Positions 54,125 through 64,000 of a stretch of DNA of 64,000 nucleotides are shown piece after piece. The notes under the pieces were generated by a model. That model worked only from the letters and a program-made list of their open reading frames with translations. It had not been told where the DNA came from and did no database searches. Each line of letters starts with the position of its first letter. The stretch's first letter is position 1. The position numbers and the translations under genes were made by a program. The stretch lies in assembly GCA_951406725.2 (NCBI GenBank), contig OX597833.1, positions 49,848,001 to 49,912,000 of the forward strand, read 5' to 3'. Source of the stretch: Octopus vulgaris (Eukaryota).

Positions 54125-54570
54125 TTTTTTTTTTTTACTTGTGTCAGTCATTTGACTGCGGCCATGCTGGAGCATCGCCTTTAGTCGGGCAAAAATCAAC
54201 CCCAGGACATATTCTTTGTAAGCCTAGTACTTTTTCTATCGGTCTCTTTTGCTGAACCGCTAAGTTACGGGGACGTAAACACACCAGCATCGGTTGTCAA
54301 GCGATGTAGGGAGGGGACAAATACAGACACACAAACATACATACCCACATACATACAGACATATATACACGCACGCACACACACACACACACACACACAC
54401 ATATTTATATATATTTATATATATATCTATGTATATATACATACATAGATATATATACATATATACGACGAACTTCTTCCAGTTTCTGTCTACAAGGCTT
54501 TGGTCGGGGACTGAACCCGGAACCATGTGGTTGGGAAGCAAGCTACTTACCACACAGCCACTCCTGCGCC
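54125..54570 (-). mobile_element. SINE A, near full length with an internal deletion
   Basis: Family match; ends ...cacagccactcctgcgcc. Confidence 0.92.
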
Positions 54571-54904
54571 CATGTCAAAGTAAAAAAAAAATTAATTGGA
54601 ATAAAGAAGGACATTGCACACATTTTAATCTTTAGATGAACAAAAATAGACGCCATAGTCATATCTGGAACGCTGTCGTTCATAGGTAACTCAGCTCAAT
54701 CATGCCGTTTATAAACAAGAACGCAATGGAATCGATCAAAGTAGTTCTTTTAACATTCAACACAATTCATTTCTTTGTATCATCATTATCATAATCATCG
54801 TTGTCGATGTTATCATCATCACCATCATTATCATCTCCATCGACGTTGTCATCGTCATCCTATTACACCTCCCCCTCCTCCTCCTCCGCATTATTATTAT
54901 TATT

Positions 54905-55090
54905 GAGGTGTTGAACTGGCAGAATCGTTAGCACGCCGGGTGAAAATGCTTGGCAGCATTTCGTCCGCCTCACGTTCTGGAGTTCAAATTCCATTTAGGT
55001 CTAATTTGCCTTTCGTCCATTCTGGGTCGATAAATTAGGTACCAGTGAAACACCGGAGTCGATGTGAACGACCTATTCCTCCAACAAATG
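54905..55090 (+). mobile_element. SINE family B
   Basis: ctggcagaatcgttagcacgccggg...gggtcgataaattaggtaccag. Confidence 0.85.
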
Positions 55091-55159
55091 CCTCCCCGTC
55101 TGATAACGGTATACCAGGCACATGCATCAGCGACATGATAATCTCATATCAAGGTAAAC

Positions 55160-55594
55160 AGCGCAGGAGTGGCTGTTTGGTAAGTAGCTTGCTAACCAAC
55201 CACATGGTTCTGGGTTCAGTCCCACTGCGTGGCATCTTGGGCACGTGTCTTCTGCTATAGCCCCGGGCCGACCAATGCCTTGTGAGTGGATTTGGTAGAC
55301 GGAAACTGAAAGAAGCCTGTCGTATATACGTATATATATATATAAGTGTGTGTGAATATGTTTGTGTGTCTGTGTTTGTTTCCCTAGCATTGCTTGACAA
55401 CCGATGCTGGTGTGTTTACGTCCCCGTCACTTAGCGGTTCGGCAAAAGAGACCGATAGAATAAGTACTGGGTTTACAAAGAATAAGTCCCGGGGTCGATT
55501 TGCTCGACTAATGGCGGTGCTCCAGCATGGCCGCAGTCAAATGACTGAAACAAGTAAAAAGAATAAAAAAAAAAGAGAGAAAAAAAAAAGAGAG
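55160..55594 (+). mobile_element. Full-length SINE A nested in repeat family E
   Basis: Complete head-to-tail copy; agcgca at 55160-55165 and 55595-55600; host repeat continues on both sides. Confidence 0.93.
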
Positions 55595-55989
55595 AGCGCA
55601 TGACCTTGCAGATCGGGTTCAGTTAGAATTTTCTTCAGGTTGAGTAGCCCATCCCGCTCAAAAGGTCCCTGAATAAGGGTTGTTTAAGGATGTTGAACAA
55701 AAGACCAATGATTCCAGAGGGGAATTATTCAAACCCCAAAGAATCCCTGGCTATGATGCTCCCCCACTACTTCTGCTCGTGATCAGAAACGCACATATCG
55801 TCAGCCACGAAGGGACATGCTCAACTGGTTATGGTCAAACAACTGACAAGCAAATCTGTGGTATTGAGCAGAAATATTTGCTGTAGCCCATCTTTTATAC
55901 CAAGACAAAACAAGGTACATGATAATACTTCCAATCAGTTAAGATCAGCAGCCATGAGAGCCACTGTCTGGTACTGCATCAGGGCATTT

Positions 55990-56083
55990 TTTTCTTTTTC
56001 TTCTTCTTCTTCTTCTTCTTCTTCTTCTTCTTCTTCTTCTTCTTCTTCTTCTTCTTCTTCTTCTTCTTCTTCTTCTTCTTCTT

Positions 56084-56160
<77 letters not shown>
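55990..56160. repeat. Compound (TCT)n-(ATT)n microsatellite
   Basis: Direct inspection. Confidence 0.97.
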
Positions 56161-56649
56161 CTTCGTTTTGTTTAGCAGTTCTTTCATTTGCGTTAATAGC
56201 TGATTTACGAGATGGAAACAGATAATAAAATCTGTCAGATGATTTCACGCTTTGATTAAGGGATGGAGAATTTTCTAACGTTGCAAGCTGTCGGTATAGT
56301 GAACTTTCTCACATCTGTGCAGTTGCACGCGTGTTTCACAATGTCTTGTTATTAAATAAAATGGCTTTGCTGTCCACAACACAACATGTTGCTCACAGAC
56401 ACACCGCAGTATACGGCTGCAAACACTCACAGATGCATCCACTTACACACACACACGCACACACATATACAAAGTTGTTCGCATTAATATACCTAGATTG
56501 TCGTGCATGTATAAGTTCGTGTGTACGTGTATACAAAGATACATACATACAAGTGTGTGTGTGAGTGTGTGTATCTATATATACACACACACACACATAT
56601 ATATATAGGCGCGTGCATACATACATACATACATACATATACATACATA

Positions 56650-56757
<108 letters not shown>

Positions 56758-56766
56758 AATCAATCT

Positions 56767-56817
<51 letters not shown>

Positions 56818-56978
56818 GATAGATAGATAGATAGACAGATATATATATATATGTATATATATATACATGTAGCTACACATACACACACGCTATAATATGT
56901 CCGCCATGTATAATATACATATTGTGTGTGTGTTTATATATAAACTTGCATATATGTATATACGCATGTTTGCATATA

Positions 56979-57066
<88 letters not shown>

Positions 57067-58606
57067 TGTATATATATATGTATATATATATATGTATGTA
57101 TATATATGTATATATATATATATTTATATATTCATACATTTGGTAATCTATTTTCAGTTTTATAAAGGAAATATGAGAGCAATGGACGACATAATCAAAA
57201 AAATTGCAGATACATTCCATAAGTTGAATACTCGTAAATACACATGAGAATATGTCTAGGATCTCTGGCACCAGAGACCTCGTTCCAACACCTCTCCTCT
57301 TCAATTCAAACCTCAGAGAATAAGTGGATGCCCAATAGACACAGATCCTAACCATTGTTCTCACGAAAACCCTGCTTTTAGTACGTACGTGCGATGATGA
57401 CAATCAGATAAGCTTCAAGGACGTCACTTTTAAAATTTTTCAGAAAATTTTAGGTCGAACACAAAATAATTTACATTTTTGTATTTAAGTTCGGTTTCTT
57501 TGCTGATAAATACTCTTTATTGACATCAACTTCTCAAGAAGTTCTTTTATTTATGTTGCTTCTTAAATCACATAATTTTTTTCACTGTAAAATCTTATTG
57601 CGTCGTAGATGTTTTGTATATCCGTTCTTACTTACATGTTTTTAAACATAGGCGGAGTTTATTTACATGACAGCTATGAAAGCCTAGATGTTATGGTATT
57701 TCCTGAGAATCAATGGTTATTTATATGCATATACGTGCCTTATATATACAAGGTGTCCCAGAATTAACTATCTATTTCAATGAAATAGGGCAAATTTAAA
57801 AATTAAAAATAGAATTTTTGTTTGTTACTTATTATGATTCCAAAACACATAGATTTCTAAATATTATGTCAAAACTGATTCGATATCCCAGTTGCTTATT
57901 CGGTATCAAGTAGGCCTGGATGTTGAAAAGTAGCAATACACATCGGTGGTAGTTTCAAATCTCTTCCAGAAATTACAAGAGATCTACACATTTTAAAGGC
58001 AGTGCTCCAGCATGGCCGCAGTCAAATGACTGAAACATGTAAAAGAAATAAAAGAAAATATTTTCGTCGGAAATATTCGTATTCGCTCTCTTACTTATAA
58101 AGTTAGACTTTATCAAAAATTGTCGACATGTGACACTTAATGGAGGTGCCCCAGCATGGCCACGGCCCGTGAGCTGAAACTAGATAAAATAAAATAAATA
58201 AAATGTGTCCCATCTCTATCCTTGTAAATTTCAAATCTATCCTAAGCGTTGTGAAGCACATTTTGTAGCGTTTCAGGAGTAATCTCCTGCGATGCTAACT
58301 GAATGCGTATTTTTCAAATTTCGCCTAAATTATTGCTTCATCCTAGGGATGGGGGTAGACAATAGGATTGCAGCAAAATTTTTAAAAAAATGTGTCATGG
58401 AAAGATCGACGGAATCCAAACTAAAAATAATATTATAAACAAAAAAAAAAAAACAAAAAACCTTACACTTCTATATTGAAGGCACTTTTATATTGAAGCT
58501 AGTTAGGCACATATAAACAGGACTTTTGAAAGAGATGTGTATTCATCATCATAATTGTAATTATTATTATTAATATTGTTATTATTATTGTTATTATTAT
58601 TATTGT

Positions 58607-58835
58607 GAGGGTGGTGAACTGGCAGAATGGTTAGAGCATGGGACAAAATACTTATTGGCATTTCTTCTGGTCTTTCACGTTCTGAGTTAAAATCCTCTCA
58701 AAGTCAGCTTTGCCCTTCATGCATTGAGGGTCGATAAAATAAAGTACCAGTCATGTACTGGGGTTGATGTATTTGGCTAACCCTCTCCCTACTCCACTGA
58801 AAAACGTCTGGCATTGTGCCAAAATTTGAAATTAT
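58607..58835 (+). mobile_element. Degenerate SINE family B
   Basis: ggtggtgaactggcagaa...gggtcgataaaataaagtaccag. Confidence 0.8.
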
Positions 58836-59393
58836 AAAAAATTATAAAAATGTGTAATTATAAAAAATGGGACTTTGTGACAGGCTGCGTATCACAGATT
58901 TTACCCGAGAAACATGCACGTTCTTGTGAAATACCAAGCCACGTAAATGTTAATTCAAGACCAGTCATTCCAGGGGATCGAACGATTGTATCCTTAACGT
59001 CACTTGACGGAGATCCTTTAGTTCAGTCAATATTAAATGTTTATGATATTACACATTACGAAGATATTACACATATAAAGATGCACATCCATACATAGAA
59101 ACATGGTACATAGTTGCATAACACACACACACACACACACAGACATGCACACACAAGGAGACAGAGGTGCATACATATACAAACACATGCTCACACACAC
59201 ATACATAGAACATACACAAACACGGACATGCACATAAATATGCAGGATACGTACATACAGATGCACACGCATACATACACATATACATATGCATACACAC
59301 ACATATATACATACATACTCATGCAAACACACGCAGACATACATACGTACATGCATGCATGTATTTTTATTGAAATTATATATATATATATAT

Positions 59394-59523
59394 AGGAGTG
59401 GCTCTGTGGTAAGTAGCTTGCTTACCAAACACATGGCGCCTTGGACAGGTGTCGTCTACTATAGCTTCGGGCTGATCAAAGCCTTGTGAGTGGATTTGGT
59501 AGACGGAAACTGAAAGAATCCTG

Positions 59524-59569
<46 letters not shown>

Positions 59570-59630
59570 ATGTATATGTATGTATGTATGTATGTGTATA
59601 TGTTGTGTATCTGTGTTGGTACCTCCAACA
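59394..59630 (+). mobile_element. SINE A 5' half, internally deleted
   Basis: aggagtggctctgtggtaagtagcttgc...gtggatttggtagacggaaactgaaag. Confidence 0.85.
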
Positions 59631-60725
59631 CACACACAACACACACACACACTGACCCACACACATGCGCACAAACAAACAAAAGGGAACGCAGTGTAAA
59701 TAAGGGACAGAGTCAAAACTATTGAAAAGGTTGCAAGAGGCAACGAAAATTTTAGGAAAATAAAAATAAGAAAATAAAAAGTGGAAATTTTACCGGTGAG
59801 TGTGTTACGTTATAAGGCACGAAAAGAAAAATGACTCTCCCCAGACACAACAGAAGATTACGAAGAATTAGCAGCTTAGCACCATATTAAATATGTGCAA
59901 AATACCCACCATTATACATATATAAGAAATCTAGATACTTTAAGCCTGCCTTTTCTCTTCACAATTGAAGAAAACCGATTACTTCCGTAACATTATCGAA
60001 TTCACAGAATTTGATTTAAATTTATTTCTGTTAATGATTTAATTCGGAAATAAAAATTTAAAAAAAAAATAAATAAATAAATAAAAAATTGTTAATTTTC
60101 AAACAAATCTAAAAAGAAGGAAGAAAGATTTTTATAAAACGTTTTCCAGGAAAACCTTCAGGAAATCAATGTGATATCTGGATTGCCATGACTGAGCAAG
60201 AAAACTGCTTCCTTGAAGCATTACGAAACAGAATATGTATCCATATCTGTCTTTTCTCTCTGAAATTCCTTTGCCCCCTCTCTCTTCTGTCTCTATATCT
60301 CTCGCGTGTCGAAGTGATTATCTTTCGTTCTCTTATTGTATTATTCTCTGTAACTCTCTCCCTTTCTCCCGCTCTCTCCTTCTCTCTCTCCTTCTGCTTC
60401 TTACTGTTCTGGTGTTTTGTCGAACGGAAATTAATAACTTCCGTAAATTGTGATACTACACTCGCTTGCTTTTGTCTTTTACCTGAAGACAAATACTGAA
60501 CAATATAGAGAAGCAGACAGAAGAAGAAAGAAAATAGGAACAATGAATAAATGTTATAAATAATATATGAGAGAATATTCTATGAAAATGGGAGGCAGAA
60601 GTGTAGAAAGAGAAAGAATAATTTGATGAAAGCGAAGTGGAAACTGAAAGATGAAAAACCGAAAAAAGTCATAATTGAAAACTTCGTAAAAAGTATATTG
60701 GAAATAGAATAATGAATAAAGTGAG

Positions 60726-60772
<47 letters not shown>

Positions 60773-62024
60773 ACATAGCCGAAGATATATCGGGAGAAGT
60801 AAGAAGAATCGCAAAAGATGTAGAGTATCGTTTCATCACGTTGAAAGGTGATACGTAGGTATGAATATATGAATATCATCCTCGTCATCATCCTAATCTT
60901 GCTGCTGCTGCTCCTCCTCTTCCCCCTCCTTCTATTCCTCCATTTCTCCTCCTCTCCTACGCCTCCCCTTCCTCATCCACATCATCATTTTACTGTCCAC
61001 CCTTCTTCCTTGCTTCTTCCATGCGTCGGGGGGACATTTTCTACAGTCAGTGGTAGGGGCCTTTCTAACCGTCGACCCTCTCCTGTTGCTAAGTAAAGTA
61101 ATAACCCCTCCTTCCCCCCATGGCCAGACATATATTCCACGTTTGTATAACGGTGATGCTTTTTTACAAACACCAAGTGCAGTCGAACCAAAGGCGCACA
61201 CACACATGTACAAATACACATACACACATTTATATACGTCGGGATTCTTTTAATCTCCGCCTAACAAATCTGTTCATATTAAATGAATCAGTAAACTAAC
61301 ATAACTGCACATACTGAAGATATGAAAGAGAATTCGTCGCCAACGATAAAGGAAACAGCTGAAACAGTATTAATTTAAAATAGCCATCTATATATCATAC
61401 TCAATGCATATACACCGGTAATAGTCCAGTTGCTATGGATAAATAGCGCCCCACTCCAGTATTTATTGCTTTTAACATAAGATATGTTATCATAGAGCAA
61501 ATATCGCAGTAACTGGTCGATTAACAGGGTTATTTGTATTCAATACTGTCTCGATTGCTTTTAACCGGATTTTTATATACGTAGGGATCCAAGAAAGAAT
61601 TATCAAGATATGTAAATTGGTACATTCAATTACTACTCAGCGCTAGATAAAGTGGATATTTAAGCAATGTGTTCGCGGATGGTTAATAGGTTAGATGAGT
61701 GCTGATGAAGGGGCAACCGCCACCCGAAATATGGTATATTACGCCCATTATCTGTTTTTCATCTTCGATCTCATTACTTGTTTACGTCTGACGTCTCGTA
61801 TACGAAACGTCGTAGCAAGAATCAGTGCTGGCTATAATTTCTATGGAATATCTATCTCACATGAATCTTATCCTTATGATCTCTCTTTTTCATCAATTCT
61901 TCATTCTGAATTTTCCCTTCACTTTTTAACTCCTCTCTAATAATCCCAAAACAAATTAGGAGGCTTTAATAAGAGATGACCTTATTAATGATGTAGAAAG
62001 TGGACTGCTAATAAATTATGTGCA

Positions 62025-62208
62025 CTCTTTTACTTCTTTCAGTCATTTCACCGCGGCCATGCCTTTAGGCGAGAAAATAGACCCCAGGACTTATTCATTG
62101 TAAGCCTAGTACTTATTCTATCGGTCATTTTTGCCGGAAACGTAAACACAACAGCATCAGTTGTCAAGCGATGTTGGTGGTGGTGGACAAACACAGACAC
62201 ACAAACAC

Positions 62209-62249
<41 letters not shown>

Positions 62250-62434
62250 TATATATATTTATACATATATACGACGAGCTTCTTTCAGTTTCCGTTTACC
62301 AAATCCACTCACAAGGCTTTGGTCGGCCCGAGTCTATAGTAGAAGACACTTGCCCAAGGTGCCACGCAGTGGGACTGAACCCGGAACCATGTAGCTGGTA
62401 AGCAAGCTACTTACTACACAACCACTCCTACGCC
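62025..62434 (-). mobile_element. SINE A, near full length
   Basis: Family match. Confidence 0.9.
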
Positions 62435-62467
62435 TATAACTTTTAGCAAGTAATATATATATATCTA

Positions 62468-62535
<68 letters not shown>

Positions 62536-63017
62536 AACACACACATATGCGTAAGATTACATAGCGTGTATGTGTGTCGAGCCGATAGCACATATTAGGA
62601 TTTTTTGTTGTGATTTTCTTTTCTTCCCGGTCTCTTCTTACATGGTGTGTTTGCCATTATGCGTAGGTGTATTTCTCTGTATTCTTTGCTTGATGTGAAA
62701 TATACGTGTTAAATGAAAACAAGTCGAAAAGAGAGGGAGGTGGATAGTTTAGGGACAAGAGAGAAAGAAATTGAGGCAAGATAGCGGAAGACGAACGAGA
62801 GAAAGTATCAGAAATTAGAAAGAGAGAAGTATTAGAAAGAACTGAAGACAAAATGTGTTGTCTTACTGAAAACTCATTCCAGTCCGACGATTAAATATAA
62901 TAGAAAGAAATCAATTTAGTCAATACATAGTTTCAAATATGAACGCTTCGGTTAAGATTCGCGTGATAAGTCGCTTACACGAAAGAAATTCTACTCCAAT
63001 AAACAATAGCAACTTTC

Positions 63018-63038
63018 ATAATAATAATAATAATGATG

Positions 63039-63119
<81 letters not shown>

Positions 63120-63122
63120 GTG

Positions 63123-63189
<67 letters not shown>

Positions 63190-63220
63190 TAATAAAATGA
63201 AAATAATAATAATAATAATT
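63018..63220. repeat. (AAT)n array
   Basis: Direct inspection. Confidence 0.97.
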
Positions 63221-63310
63221 TTGAAGGAAAATATTCTGAATGTATAATCAATACTTTACAAACTTTCAATTGTCTTTTATTTAAAATGAAAAAGAAAAAA
63301 AAATACAGGG

Positions 63311-63352
<42 letters not shown>

Positions 63353-63731
63353 GTCTAGATATTTGAGATTCCATGTTTCTCTGTAGGTGTTTATGACACC
63401 AGAATTTAAACGAGATTTTATATTTTTTCCATCATATCGGCCATTCTCAGCACTATATAAAAATAAAAATTGATGTTTCCAGGAAACAGTACAATCTAAT
63501 TTTGTCAAGTCAGAGGTTGGTTCTTGACCAGGACAATGTTGTCCGCTTGTCGACATTTGAAATTTTACAAGGTGTGAATAAATATCAGAAAGCGGGGCTT
63601 TTTGATGATGAGTGTTACCTGTTCATGAGTGGTCGTGATTTCCCGTTGAAATAAAATAGTTAAAGCTAATACAATATTACTATAGAGCATACTAGCAGTA
63701 AGCAAAAATTCTTAAAAAAACATGGCATATA

Positions 63732-64000
63732 GACGCAGGAGTGGCTGTGTGGTAAGTAGCTTGCTAACCAACCACATGGTTCCGGGTTCAGTCCCACTGC
63801 GTGGCATCTTGGGCAAGTGTCTTCTGCTATAGCCCTGGGCCGACCAATGTCTTGTGAGTGGATTTGGTAGACGGAAACTGAAAGAAGCCTGTCGTATATA
63901 TATATATATATATATATAATGTGCGTGTGTGTTTGTGTGTCTGTGTTTGTCTCCCTAGCATTGCTTGACAACCGATGCTGGTGTGTTTATGTCCCCGTCA
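63732..64000 (+). mobile_element. SINE A, truncated by the window end
   Basis: Nearly identical to 55160-55430. Confidence 0.93.

Overview
AT-rich, repeat-dense eukaryotic DNA. The SINE families and extreme microsatellite load suggest an octopus or other coleoid cephalopod genome (inferred from recall, not verified). Nearly all ORFs in the supplied track are microsatellite or SINE artefacts. I can assemble one phase-consistent spliced gene on the minus strand (coding exons 40463-40382, 37589-37374, 24687-24428; about 185 aa). It encodes a single-pass membrane protein with a short ectodomain, a juxtamembrane CCC, a Pro/Ser/Tyr-rich tail and a C-terminal -VNV, i.e. a Shisa/CYYR1-like architecture without the Cys-rich ectodomain. 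The rest is mobile DNA: several tRNA-derived SINE families, a decayed RTE LINE, R4/Dong-like retrotransposon 3' ends stacked in (TAA)n arrays, a DD37D (maT) Tc1/mariner remnant, mariner MITEs, a GG..CC MITE with an 8-bp TSD and telomere-like repeats, and fold-back elements. The most unusual signals are: (i) two TSD-flanked SINE trimers in inverted orientation bracketing the start-codon exon (circRNA/dsRNA architecture); (ii) several minimal hammerhead-ribozyme motifs, two of them in the arms of a fold-back element; (iii) kilobases of unidentified, decayed coding-like sequence inside the gene's intron. I found no prokaryote-type system (CRISPR, operon).
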